Source: Candidatus Omnitrophota bacterium
GTDB taxonomy: Bacteria; Omnitrophota; Gorgyraeia; Zapsychrales; JANLHA01
Direction: 5' to 3'
Assembly (NCBI GenBank): GCA_020632555.1
Contig: JACKFI010000004.1
Location: 12,335 to 76,334, forward strand
DNA: 64,000 bases
Notes under the pieces: model-generated
Told to the model about the DNA's origin: nothing
The model's input: only the letters and a program-made list of their open reading frames with translations
The model's database searches: none
Translations under genes and position numbers: made by a program
Part shown: one piece after another, positions 35,314 to 44,838 of the stretch
Numbering within the stretch: position 1 is the first letter of the stretch
How the letters are laid out: each line of letters begins with the position of its first letter

Positions 35314-35619
35314 ATGAAAAATTGCTCTCATTGCAATCAACCGATAAAAGAAGAAGCACTCAAATGCCGTCATTGTCAGCGCTGGCTCATTGATATAACG
35401 AAACAGAATGACCCCTCGGGCATCATCTTGGGAATATTCATTATTATATTAATTTTTGAAATGTATCACGCTTTGATTACTAAGGCCATGCGCGTTGATC
35501 AAGTTCAACAATGTCATCACCCAAACATTACACAGATTGAGCATGACTTATGTCAGCTACAAATCACTTATTGGAAAACGTTCTTTGATATTAAAAAAGT
35601 ATTGCTGGCCTTTGATTAA
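35314..35619 (+). CDS. Zinc-ribbon domain membrane protein
   Basis: 'CSHCNQPIKEEALKCRHCQRW' (CxxC-N10-CxxC) followed by one TM helix. Confidence 0.5.
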   Translation: MKNCSHCNQPIKEEALKCRHCQRWLIDITKQNDPSGIILGIFIIILIFEMYHALITKAMRVDQVQQCHHPNITQIEHDLCQLQITYWKTFFDIKKVLLAFD

Positions 35620-35635
35620 GAGCAGTCCCAAAAAA

Positions 35636-36637
35636 ATGAACCTTCCTACCAATTCAAAGATGATAAAACCCAGAAGAAAAAATCCGCCCATGCCATTTAT
35701 CCTTTTAACCCTATCCTGCATCTTCACTCTCGCCGGATTTTTCAGTCAATATGGCTGGTGGTTTGATTTAGCGTCGCATTTTCGTCTGCAGTATTTACTC
35801 ATTCAAATTTTGTGTATCGTCTTATGCGTTTACCAGAAACGGAACAAATTGCTTTTTGTCACGGCCCTTTTTGCGCTGATCAATCTGACTCTTATTGCGC
35901 CTTATTATTTCCCAGTGACAAATCCCCCGACCCCCTTTCTTAAAGGGGGTTCAAATAATAAAATGACCAGCGAGCCAATCAAAATTCTCTTAATCAATGT
36001 CAATTCACCTAATACCAACTATCAAGCCGTCCGCAACTATATTAAAAAGACTGCGCCAGATATCTTGGCATTGGAAGAAATCAATGAGCGTTGGATTAAT
36101 GAATTAACTCCGACCCTACAGAGTTATCCAAACTTTAAAGAAGTCTCGCAAGAGAACAACTTCGGGCTGGGGCTTTACAGTAGATTTCCTTTGCAAAACA
36201 TGAAAGTGGAATATTTTGCAAGCCATCTTATCCCAAGTCTCGTCGGTGAAATAACATGGGATGGACAACCTGTATCCATTATTTTTACGCACCCAATGCC
36301 GCCAGGAACAGCCAAGCATTTTATTTGGCATAATACGCAACTTGAACGTATCGGATTATTAAAACCACATTTGGAAAAAAATATTCTTCTGATTGGCGAC
36401 CTGAATGCGACTTCATGGTCGTACTCTTTTCAAAAACTCACCAAAGATTTAAATGTGAAAGATTCGCGGGAAGGGTTTGGGTTGCAGACATCATGGCCGT
36501 CATTCTTGCCTTACGTAGGCATTACCATCGACCATTGTTTGGTCAGCAAAAATATCTTTGTGGTTGAACGAACGGTGGGGCCCAATGTCGGGTCAGATCA
36601 TTTGCCAGTCTTAATCAAGCTTTCTTTGCCCCAATAA
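35636..36637 (+). CDS. Membrane-anchored endonuclease/exonuclease/phosphatase (EEP) family protein
   Basis: N-terminal TM helices followed by the EEP motifs 'DILALEEIN', 'GDLNATSWS' and 'SDHLPVLIKL'. The start is set at 'MNLPTNS', after the upstream stop. Confidence 0.7.
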   Translation: MNLPTNSKMIKPRRKNPPMPFILLTLSCIFTLAGFFSQYGWWFDLASHFRLQYLLIQILCIVLCVYQKRNKLLFVTALFALINLTLIAPYYFPVTNPPTPFLKGGSNNKMTSEPIKILLINVNSPNTNYQAVRNYIKKTAPDILALEEINERWINELTPTLQSYPNFKEVSQENNFGLGLYSRFPLQNMKVEYFASHLIPSLVGEITWDGQPVSIIFTHPMPPGTAKHFIWHNTQLERIGLLKPHLEKNILLIGDLNATSWSYSFQKLTKDLNVKDSREGFGLQTSWPSFLPYVGITIDHCLVSKNIFVVERTVGPNVGSDHLPVLIKLSLPQ

Positions 36638-37417
36638 AACAAGACCTTTAAGAACCAAATCAGAATCAACAACATCAATACTGTCTTTGATATATTCATT
36701 CATCAACTTCACGTGACCGCCGGTGACAATAACTTGCGGTTTATTTTTAAAATCGTGAGATAAAAGTCTAATTAACCCTTTGAGCATTTCGCCATAGCCA
36801 TAAAAAATGCCGCTCAATATACTGCCCTGCGTATCCTTGCCAATCAAATGCTCTGGTTTATGAATATCCACCAAAGGCAAAAGCGCGGTACGTTCAAATA
36901 AAGTTTCAGCGGTAATACGAATCCCCGGAACAATAATCCCGCCTAAATATTCCCGCTTTTCCGAAACCACATCCAGGGTAATCGCAGTTCCTAAATCAAT
37001 AATAATGGCCGGACTTCCATAAAGTTGACACGCAGCATAAGCGCAAACCAATCGATCCTGACCAACGTGTTGAGGATTACGATACAGATTCTCCATCGGC
37101 ACAATCACATCACGTCCAACAACCTGTGCTTTGATATTGAAGTTTTTTAAAACCAAAATCTCAAGAACTTTAGTCACCGACGGGACAACACTGCAAACCA
37201 GCACACAAACCAATCCCCTATTATTCCGGCGTAAAGACGCCAAAACCTCATTTAGCTCAATTCTTTGCGCGGCCGCATTCTGTACCGTAGCTATTGTTTG
37301 ACGAGAAACAATTTTGTCCCCCCGACAAACAGCAAGATGAATATAGGTATTGCCCACATCCACCGCAAGGACCAACTCTTTCAAATTACAACTTGTTTTC
37401 TTTTTTAGCTTTACCAT
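36611..37417 (-). CDS. coaX: Type III pantothenate kinase
   Basis: 'LVLAVDVGNTYIHLAV', 'IIIDLGTAITLD', 'VIVTGGH'. The start was chosen at 'MVKLKK' because the upstream part of the ORF overlaps uvrB. Confidence 0.8.
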   Translation of the reverse strand: MVKLKKKTSCNLKELVLAVDVGNTYIHLAVCRGDKIVSRQTIATVQNAAAQRIELNEVLASLRRNNRGLVCVLVCSVVPSVTKVLEILVLKNFNIKAQVVGRDVIVPMENLYRNPQHVGQDRLVCAYAACQLYGSPAIIIDLGTAITLDVVSEKREYLGGIIVPGIRITAETLFERTALLPLVDIHKPEHLIGKDTQGSILSGIFYGYGEMLKGLIRLLSHDFKNKPQVIVTGGHVKLMNEYIKDSIDVVDSDLVLKGLVLLGQRKLD

Positions 37418-39440
37418 TTTTATAGCCTTTATTTGATTGATTCCGTGAACGCTCAAGCTCATCCCAACTCGTGCTGTGTTTAAGTTCCGCAATCTTGTCC
37501 CGAATTGCCGCGGCTTTTTCAAATTGCAGATTTCGTGCTGCTGACTCCATGCGTACTTCAAGCTCTGAAATCATATTAGTAAACGCATATTCTTCCTCGC
37601 CTAATCCCGTGGACGCCAAAGCAATCTCTTGCGCGTCTTCTATGGCCAACTCTTCAATCCCGCCAGTAATAGCCTTAACAATACTTTCAGGCGTAATATT
37701 ATATTTTGCATTAAAAGCAATTTGAATCTGTCTGCGACGATCACATTCCGATATCGCATCGCGCATCGCTGTACTGATGGTATCCGCATACATAATCACA
37801 ATACCATTGACATTGCGCGCCGCGCGACCTGAAACTTGAATCAATGACGTCCGCGATCGTAAAAAGCCTTGTTTGTCCGCGTCAAAAATCGCCACCAGAG
37901 ACACTTCCGGCAAATCAATCCCTTCCCGCAATAAATTAACCCCCACTAAACAATCAAATTTTTTCTGTCGCAACTCTTGCAAAATTTTGGTCCGATCAAT
38001 GGTTTCAATATCTGAATGCAAATATTTCACTTTAATGCCCTGATCTTCCAAGTAGGAAGATAAATCTTCTGCCATTTTTTTAGTCAAGGTCGTCACCAAA
38101 ACACGTTCATTGCGTTTAGCCCGCCCCCGAATTTCTTCCATCAAATCATCTACTTGTCCGGCGGTCGGCCGCACAAAAATCAGAGGGTCAATAATTCCCG
38201 TCGGTCGAATGATTTGTTCAATCGCTTTACCCTGACTTTCCTTTAATTCATAATCGGACGGTGTCGCCGAAACAAAAATCCAGTCTTTGACCAGCGAACG
38301 AAACTCATCAAATTTCAACGGCCGATTATCCAAACACGACGGCAAACGAAACCCATAATTCACCAATGTTTCTTTGCGGCTGCGATCTCCCGCATACATG
38401 CCGCGAATCTGCGGAATGGTCACATGTGATTCATCAACTAAAACCAAATAATCCTCCGGAAAATAATCCAACAAACAAAATGGCTTGCTGCCCGGTGGAC
38501 GTCCGGATAATGCACGCGAATAATTTTCAATGCCCTGGCAATACCCAACTTCTTTTATCATTTCCATATCATAACGCGTGCGCGAATTAAGCCGTTGAGA
38601 TTCGAGCAGTTTTCCTTGTGCATTTAATTCGGCCAACCGCACCTTCAACTCCGCCTCAATATCCACCATCGCTTTTTCAATATATGGCTGCGAAACCATA
38701 AAATGCTTGGCCGGGAAAATCGCCGTTTTCTCTAAAACCTGCATTTCTTCGCCAGTCACGGGATTAATCTGACTAATTTTCTCAATTTCATCACCAAAAA
38801 ACACTATCCGAATCGCATCTTGACGATACGCGGGGAAAACTTCCACCACATCCCCACGAACCCTCACCTTGCCGCGCGTAAAATCATAATCATTGCGCTC
38901 ATATTGAATATCAATCAATTTGCGAATTATTTCATCACGATCCACAATTTGACCTTTTTCAAAACAAACCAGCTGGTTTTTATAATCGCCCGGAGACCCC
39001 AAATTATAAATGCACGACACACTGGCCACGATCAGCACATCCCGACGAGACATTAAAGATGTTGTCGCCGCCAAACGCAAACGATCCAGACGATCATTGA
39101 TCGATGAATCTTTTTCAATATAAACATCGGTTTGGGGAATATACGCTTCCGGCTGATAATAATCATAATAACTGACAAAGTACTCCACCGCATTCTGCGG
39201 AAAGAATTCTTTGAATTCACCATACAACTGCGCAGCCAGTGTTTTATTATGCGAAATCACCAGCGTCGGACGATTGACTTTTTCAATCACATTGGCGAGC
39301 GTGAAAGTTTTACCACTGCCAGTAACACCTAACAGAACTTGCGAAGCAGTTTTATTGCGTAAATTTTCAACAATTTTATCAATAGCGACATTCTGTTCCG
39401 GCACAGGCCGGAAAGGACTTTGAAGAATAAACTTATCCAT
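37386..39440 (-). CDS. uvrB: Excinuclease ABC subunit B
   Basis: 684 aa. 'GVTGSGKTFTLANVI', the beta-hairpin region, helicase motifs and a C-terminal UVR domain. Confidence 0.95.
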   Translation of the reverse strand: MDKFILQSPFRPVPEQNVAIDKIVENLRNKTASQVLLGVTGSGKTFTLANVIEKVNRPTLVISHNKTLAAQLYGEFKEFFPQNAVEYFVSYYDYYQPEAYIPQTDVYIEKDSSINDRLDRLRLAATTSLMSRRDVLIVASVSCIYNLGSPGDYKNQLVCFEKGQIVDRDEIIRKLIDIQYERNDYDFTRGKVRVRGDVVEVFPAYRQDAIRIVFFGDEIEKISQINPVTGEEMQVLEKTAIFPAKHFMVSQPYIEKAMVDIEAELKVRLAELNAQGKLLESQRLNSRTRYDMEMIKEVGYCQGIENYSRALSGRPPGSKPFCLLDYFPEDYLVLVDESHVTIPQIRGMYAGDRSRKETLVNYGFRLPSCLDNRPLKFDEFRSLVKDWIFVSATPSDYELKESQGKAIEQIIRPTGIIDPLIFVRPTAGQVDDLMEEIRGRAKRNERVLVTTLTKKMAEDLSSYLEDQGIKVKYLHSDIETIDRTKILQELRQKKFDCLVGVNLLREGIDLPEVSLVAIFDADKQGFLRSRTSLIQVSGRAARNVNGIVIMYADTISTAMRDAISECDRRRQIQIAFNAKYNITPESIVKAITGGIEELAIEDAQEIALASTGLGEEEYAFTNMISELEVRMESAARNLQFEKAAAIRDKIAELKHSTSWDELERSRNQSNKGYKNGKAKKENKL

Positions 39441-39455
39441 GAGGGAGATAGAGCT

Positions 39456-39911
39456 TTACTTAACCGGCGGTAAAACTTCGCTGAGTCGTTCAAAGAATCG
39501 TTTGACCGCACTGTCATTATTATACGTTGAGAAATTATTCAACGCCGTTGAGGTGGTCGTCAAATAACGAACTTCCACCTCTGAAAGATCTTTTTTAGAA
39601 CGCAGATAAATATTCATGCGAGCATAACGTGTTCCAATGAGCATCGGTGTTGGCCGAACGGCTGTCACTAAAAGCACTTGGTCTTCATCTAAATCATTAA
39701 AACGAGTATGTTCATAAACACCTGGATCCGTCGTCTCTTCTAAAATCCAGCCAAGCTCAGTGAGCGTCTGTTTAACAGCGCCCAAGCTCTTTTCATAATT
39801 AGAATAATACCTCGTCAAATATGGTTTCTTGGGTTGAAGATAGCTTGGCATATTGGTTGTGGCGCAACCCGCCAAAAGAACAACAGCGAAAACAAAAAAA
39901 AGACTTTTCAT
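39456..39911 (-). CDS. Hypothetical lipoprotein
   Basis: Lipobox 'VLLAGCAT' after 'MKSLFFVFAV'. I recognised no family. Confidence 0.5.
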   Translation of the reverse strand: MKSLFFVFAVVLLAGCATTNMPSYLQPKKPYLTRYYSNYEKSLGAVKQTLTELGWILEETTDPGVYEHTRFNDLDEDQVLLVTAVRPTPMLIGTRYARMNIYLRSKKDLSEVEVRYLTTTSTALNNFSTYNNDSAVKRFFERLSEVLPPVK

Positions 39912-39943
39912 ACCCCTCCTCTGAACATTATCCCAAGATGAAT

Positions 39944-40258
39944 TTAACAAATTTTCCCATGTTTATACGGACGGTTTTTGTTCTTGTTTGATTTCTTTTC
40001 GATTTCACCCTCGATATCAATACTCATACCACCACACAGGTCAAGCAAACGAATAAAACTATCCGCGATTTCTTCTTTAAAATTTTCTTGATCTTGGATA
40101 CGATGCGCTTCCATCGCTTCTGCCAATTCGGTCACAATCAGCATCAATGCCTCTCCAACATTGCGTTCTTTTTCCCAAAAACCCTTTTCGACCGCAATTG
40201 AATGACAAATGGCAGAAAGTTCATTTAATGATTTTCCTTTAATTTCTACAGTCTGCAA
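39944..40258 (-). CDS. MazG-like all-alpha nucleotide pyrophosphohydrolase
   Basis: 104 aa with 'EKGFWEKERNVGEALMLIVTELAEAMEAHR', an EExxE-type metal motif. Confidence 0.6.
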   Translation of the reverse strand: MQTVEIKGKSLNELSAICHSIAVEKGFWEKERNVGEALMLIVTELAEAMEAHRIQDQENFKEEIADSFIRLLDLCGGMSIDIEGEIEKKSNKNKNRPYKHGKIC

Positions 40259-40297
40259 ATGATCCTCCCTTGTTAACGTCCCAATAACCCAGTCATT

Positions 40298-41005
40298 CTA
40301 GTATCGATTAACAAAATTTTCCATATCTTTCGCAAGCTGTGCACAAACATTGATTTTCTGACCGGTCAGCGGGTGCTTAAAACCGATTTCCCCGGCATGC
40401 AAAGCGACACGCTTAAACTTAACGGGAAAATCTTTACCAAACGCGTAAAGCCGTTCGCCTAAAATCGGATGGCCAATTTCACCCAAATGAATACGAATTT
40501 GATTCGTGCGCCCCGTTAATGGATAAACCTCAACGACACTAAACAAATGCTTCACCGCCAAAACTTTATATCGCGTCACCGCTAATTTGCCATTCTGTTT
40601 TGCGGCAAAGCGGTCATTAAATCTTTTAATCCCACGACTATACTTTTTTTGATGAAAATCCCGAATAACACTTTTAATTTCACCAGCTGGTTTTTTCATC
40701 TTCCCACGAACAAACGCAATATACTTCTTGTATACCGCACCGTTACGAAATTCATCCATCATTCGTTCTTGATTCACTTTACCGCGAGCAAAAACAATAA
40801 CTCCAGATGTTTCCCGATCCAAACGATGACACGGATACAGCCATCCTTGTTCTGTCAAAGGACATTGCTCGTTAACCAAATCTTCCAAAGTTTTTGACAA
40901 GCCGCGCGGATCAGGAACGACCAACAAGCCCGAAGGTTTGTCAAAAACAACATAATCTTTATCTTGATACAAAATGGTAATCACAGCAGACATAGGAAGG
41001 TTCAA
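40298..41005 (-). CDS. RluA-family pseudouridine synthase
   Basis: Catalytic motif 'HRLDRETSGVIVFAR' and 'GRTNQIRIHL'. Confidence 0.85.
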   Translation of the reverse strand: MNLPMSAVITILYQDKDYVVFDKPSGLLVVPDPRGLSKTLEDLVNEQCPLTEQGWLYPCHRLDRETSGVIVFARGKVNQERMMDEFRNGAVYKKYIAFVRGKMKKPAGEIKSVIRDFHQKKYSRGIKRFNDRFAAKQNGKLAVTRYKVLAVKHLFSVVEVYPLTGRTNQIRIHLGEIGHPILGERLYAFGKDFPVKFKRVALHAGEIGFKHPLTGQKINVCAQLAKDMENFVNRY

Positions 41006-41041
41006 AGCAAATCACAACAACAGCATTATTTAAATCAAGAA

Positions 41042-41209
41042 TTATGTTTGGTTTTCTTCTGCCTCATCTTCAAATTGTGATTCAACCAATTCAGTCAAAT
41101 AATTGAGCTTACGAAAAACCATAACCAGAAAAATAACCACAACCCAAAATTGAATAGCGAACATAAAAAACATCTGCATCGGCGTAATCTGTCCTAACAT
41201 CGCTTCCAT
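41042..41209 (-). CDS. Small membrane protein (55 aa, below the ORF-track cutoff)
   Basis: My own translation is MEAMLGQITPMQMFFMFAIQFWVVVIFLVMVFRKLNYLTELVESQFEDEAEENQT. It starts 4 nt after the PilZ stop. Confidence 0.4.
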   Translation of the reverse strand: MEAMLGQITPMQMFFMFAIQFWVVVIFLVMVFRKLNYLTELVESQFEDEAEENQT

Positions 41210-41212
41210 CAA

Positions 41213-41629
41213 TCAATTGGCTCCCGTCCGTGTTTTTGCCTCATCCTTAAGCATATTAGCAACATAATCCTTTAATGTTGTAATATCACGCGGTTCAATA
41301 TCATTAAAGAATATCGCGACACTGTATCCGCCGTCAGCAGGAGCGCTTTCAGTACGAACAATCACCGCCCCGCAAGAAATCTTGCGTGTCACCGTACGAT
41401 TACTATGCTTAAACGGCAAAAGAAACTGCACACGCAGTTTGGTCATTGGCTCAATGTACTGATTAACGCGACAATACGCCCCCGACTTGCTTAAGTTTTT
41501 CGTTTCCGTGACCAGATCAAAATCGTCACCAGAAATTTTCAAAGGGACACTACCAAAAAACCGAGGATCTTTACGGCGTTCCTGAGAAGATTTTTGACTC
41601 ACGTTTTCCTCCAGCCTGTACTCAAACAA
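41213..41629 (-). CDS. PilZ-domain c-di-GMP-binding protein
   Basis: RxxxR 'RRKDPR' and D/NxSxxG 'NLSKSGA' motifs. Confidence 0.75.
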   Translation of the reverse strand: MFEYRLEENVSQKSSQERRKDPRFFGSVPLKISGDDFDLVTETKNLSKSGAYCRVNQYIEPMTKLRVQFLLPFKHSNRTVTRKISCGAVIVRTESAPADGGYSVAIFFNDIEPRDITTLKDYVANMLKDEAKTRTGAN

Positions 41630-41806
41630 TTAAGCTTCTGCGGGTTGAACTTCAGCAGTTTCCTTGCTTGGCTTTACTTTGCGCCAACAATTGTAATTAC
41701 AGTAATATTTGCCATCACGAAAATATCGACGAGATTTCTTTACTGGTTTTTTGCAGCCAGCACAGTTTTTAATAACCTCTGCGGCTTCTTTTTTTGGTTT
41801 TGCCAT
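41630..41806 (-). CDS. Small Cys-rich basic protein (58 aa, zinc-ribbon-like; below the ORF-track cutoff)
   Basis: My own translation is MAKPKKEAAEVIKNCAGCKKPVKKSRRYFRDGKYYCNYNCWRKVKPSKETAEVQPAEA. Its stop abuts the PilZ start codon. Confidence 0.45.
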   Translation of the reverse strand: MAKPKKEAAEVIKNCAGCKKPVKKSRRYFRDGKYYCNYNCWRKVKPSKETAEVQPAEA

Positions 41807-41841
41807 GACTCAACAACACTCCTTTCAAAACGCATAAGGTG

Positions 41842-42183
41842 TTACGATTTATTCAATTCTAAAAAATTCTTTACAATAAAACGAGGGAAAATATTGTCTC
41901 TGCTCTCTAAAAACTCACAGCCAACATGATATGTTTCCGCATGCGGCATTTTTTGCACCCAAACAACCCGTGCCTCTAAAGTTGCTTCTCGGTCAGCTTT
42001 AAGCTGAATATTAACAACCACCTGCGCATCTTCAGGCAGGAACTCTTCCGTGCGAAAACGGATGCCACCCTCACTTAAATCACAACCGACTGACCCATTC
42101 AAAACTAAAGTTTCAGGGAAACGATAGCCAACTGCTTGACGAAATTCTCTGCGTAAAAATTTACGATTATCCTGCGGCTCCAT
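41842..42183 (-). CDS. PilZ-domain protein
   Basis: 'RKFLRREFR' and 'GCDLSEGGIRF' motifs, 113 aa. Confidence 0.7.
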   Translation of the reverse strand: MEPQDNRKFLRREFRQAVGYRFPETLVLNGSVGCDLSEGGIRFRTEEFLPEDAQVVVNIQLKADREATLEARVVWVQKMPHAETYHVGCEFLESRDNIFPRFIVKNFLELNKS

Positions 42184-42270
42184 AGATTTCTCCTAACAGA
42201 CCGGTGATTATAACATAAACCCTCATTTTGCAATAGAAAAAAATCCTCCAAGCTTGCGACCTATGCTATA

Positions 42271-43155
42271 ATGCGCCCCATGTACAAAAAGTTTTACAAA
42301 TTTTCTGAACAACCCTTTAACATCACCTCTGATCCAGAGTTTTTCTTTCCCAGCCAGCATCACAAAGAAGCTTTTTCTCATGTCGTCTACGGCATTGAAC
42401 AACGCAAAGGCATTGTAATCATCACCGGCGAAATAGGCACCGGGAAAACCACCATTTGCCGCACTTTACTCAGCCAGCTGCAAACACATGTCAAAACCGC
42501 CCTAGTCTTAAACCCCTACTTCTCAGAATTACAATTGTTGCAATTTATCATCAAAGATTTGGGAATTGATGGGCATTTTCGCAACAAACTCTCCTTGTTG
42601 GCCGCACTCAATAACTTTCTTATCGAACAATCCACCTTAGGCAATAACGTTGTCTTGATTATTGATGAAGCTCAAAATCTCAAAATCAATCAGCTAGAAC
42701 AAATACGATTATTATCAAACCTAGAAACGGAAAAAGAGAAATTATTACAAATCATTCTTGTTGGACAACCCGAGCTACAAGAAAAGCTCAAACTCCCAGC
42801 CTTGCGCCAACTCACCCAGCGCGTTGCGATCCGCTATCACATTTTACCTTTAACACACGACGATGTCAGACGATACATTGAGCATCGCATCAAAATAGCC
42901 GGCCATCTTCCCATCGACGTTGAAATTTCCCCCGATCAATTACCAGCACACTTTACCGAGCAAGCTGTCGAAATTATCTATGAACATTCCCAAGGCACAC
43001 CACGCATCATTAATATCATTTGTGACCGCGCACTATTGCTGGGCTATGTCACCGAAACAAAAATCATTGATGAAAACATCACCCGTAAAGCCGTTGAAGA
43101 GGTCGGCAATTCTTATGAGCATCATTCACGAAGCACTGAAAAAAGTTCAATCTGA
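42271..43155 (+). CDS. ExeA/GspA-like AAA+ ATPase
   Basis: 'FYKFSEQPFNITSDPEFFF', Walker A 'GEIGTGKTT', Walker B 'VLIIDEAQNL'. A TATAAT box lies 7 nt upstream of the first ATG. An alternative start is at 42280. Confidence 0.75.
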   Translation: MRPMYKKFYKFSEQPFNITSDPEFFFPSQHHKEAFSHVVYGIEQRKGIVIITGEIGTGKTTICRTLLSQLQTHVKTALVLNPYFSELQLLQFIIKDLGIDGHFRNKLSLLAALNNFLIEQSTLGNNVVLIIDEAQNLKINQLEQIRLLSNLETEKEKLLQIILVGQPELQEKLKLPALRQLTQRVAIRYHILPLTHDDVRRYIEHRIKIAGHLPIDVEISPDQLPAHFTEQAVEIIYEHSQGTPRIINIICDRALLLGYVTETKIIDENITRKAVEEVGNSYEHHSRSTEKSSI

Positions 43156-43681
43156 ACGCTCTGGAAACACCAACGCTCAGAATAATCCCGCGACGACTCC
43201 AAAACAATCACCATCGAATTCAACCACTTACAGCACTATACTAAAAACACCCCTCATCACAAATAATTCCTGGTCCATTAATAAACTGCTCTGGTCTTTA
43301 CTCCTGTTTATTCTCTTGAGTTTTACCCTCTACAATCTTTATTCATACAATGTGCGTATAACTAAAATCGCTGCCACTGATTCCGACATCCTATCTGTCC
43401 AATCGCTCGTAAATCAAAATACCAATTCAAATCACCCACCTGCTATAACAGACCCTGCTGCTCGCATCCCAATGCCACCTCAACCCAAAAAAGGTGAACT
43501 TATCCTTTCCGGTGTCGTCAAAATGGACGGAAAAAACTTCGCGTTAATCAATAATGAATTTTACGAAACTGGTGAGACCGTCGAAGGAGCAAAAATCACG
43601 CGCATCACAACTGACAGCGTTGACATTCTTCAAAAAAATAAACTGCGGACAATCAAAATACTGCGCCCTCGAGAACCCTAA
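43115..43681 (+). CDS. GspB/ExeB-like single-pass membrane partner of ExeA
   Basis: Start 'MSIIHEALKKVQ', one TM helix, and C-terminal 'ILSGVVKMDGKNFALINNEFYETGETVEGAKITRITTDSVDI'. The ORF-track N-terminus overlaps exeA out of frame. Confidence 0.55.
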   Translation: MSIIHEALKKVQSERSGNTNAQNNPATTPKQSPSNSTTYSTILKTPLITNNSWSINKLLWSLLLFILLSFTLYNLYSYNVRITKIAATDSDILSVQSLVNQNTNSNHPPAITDPAARIPMPPQPKKGELILSGVVKMDGKNFALINNEFYETGETVEGAKITRITTDSVDILQKNKLRTIKILRPREP

Positions 43682-43704
43682 AAAATCCTAACACTTTCTC
43701 GCTC

Positions 43705-44793
43705 TTATAAATAACTTTTGATAGCGGCCTTAATGTTAGCCAATGCAATCCCATCAACCACTTTGACACAACCTAAACCAATGGCCAAAACAAAACGCGG
43801 TTTGCCTGCTTTAAACTTCTTATCATGCGCCATATGTTGCAAAATCTCATTGAATTTAACACCTTTAATCTTCTCGGGTAAACCAATATCAGACAACACG
43901 CCACCCAAAATCGCGGCATCCTTCGCAGATAAAAATTTCATCTGAACAGACAATTCTGCCGCAACCCGCATGCCCAAAGCAACCGCTTCCCCATGTTGAT
44001 AAATATGAAACTTTCCTGCGGCTTCCACCGCATGACCAACAGTATGACCAAAATTCAAAATCGTGCGAATCCCTTTGGTTTCTTTCTCATCCTGCTCAAC
44101 AACTCGCGCCTTGATACGGCTGCACTGATAAACAATCTCTTGTAAAACTTTCGCATCAGAGTTAAGAAGTTTGGCAACATTACGGGCGATATAATCAAAC
44201 AACCGCCGATCAGAAATCACGCCATACTTAACCGCTTCGCTCAAACCATTACAAATTTGACGCTTATTTAAAGTCGCCAGAACCGAGACATCACTATAAA
44301 CAAGTTTGGGTTGATAAAAAGCACCTACCAAATTTTTACCAACAGGCAAATCAATCGCTGTTTTGCCCCCAATCGCCGAATCAATTTGCGCCAATAAAGT
44401 CGTTGGCACTTGAACATACGGCACGCCACGTCGATATGTCGCGGCAACAAAACCAGCTAAATCCCCAACGACCCCGCCGCCTAAGGCAACAATAAAAACA
44501 TTCTTATTCACATCATGCCGAGCAATTTTCTCCAAAAGAGCAACAAATGTTTGCGCTGATTTGCTCTGTTCACCTTCAGCCACTTCAAAAAATTTCACAC
44601 CAAACCCTTGTGTCAACAAACTCTTCTCTACTGTTTTTCCATAAAGTTTTTTCAAAACCGGATGCGTAATCACCAAAGCTTCTCCATCAAGACTCAAATT
44701 CTTTAACTCAGCGCCAAGATTCTGCAAAATCTTTTGTCCAATAATAATTTTATAACTGCTTTCACGAAGATTCACTTTTAAATTCAAAGCCAT
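43705..44793 (-). CDS. aroB: 3-dehydroquinate synthase
   Basis: 'GGGVVGDLAGFVAATYRRGVPYVQVPTTLLAQIDSAIGGKT' and 'LNFGHTVGHAVE'. Confidence 0.9.
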   Translation of the reverse strand: MALNLKVNLRESSYKIIIGQKILQNLGAELKNLSLDGEALVITHPVLKKLYGKTVEKSLLTQGFGVKFFEVAEGEQSKSAQTFVALLEKIARHDVNKNVFIVALGGGVVGDLAGFVAATYRRGVPYVQVPTTLLAQIDSAIGGKTAIDLPVGKNLVGAFYQPKLVYSDVSVLATLNKRQICNGLSEAVKYGVISDRRLFDYIARNVAKLLNSDAKVLQEIVYQCSRIKARVVEQDEKETKGIRTILNFGHTVGHAVEAAGKFHIYQHGEAVALGMRVAAELSVQMKFLSAKDAAILGGVLSDIGLPEKIKGVKFNEILQHMAHDKKFKAGKPRFVLAIGLGCVKVVDGIALANIKAAIKSYL

Positions 44794-44838
44794 ACCAAAC
44801 CCTTTCTCCAACAATCCATCTCATTTAAATAACTTCTA

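Noticed and set aside
36611-36637. 27-bp tail-to-tail overlap of the EEP gene and coaX as a regulatory antisense feature
   Set aside because: Short convergent 3' overlaps are common in compact genomes, and nothing else in the sequence supports a specific function.
42920-43114. N-terminal part of ORF 42920-43681
   Set aside because: It overlaps the exeA-like CDS out of frame. The typical partner-protein start 'MSIIHEALKK' is at 43115.
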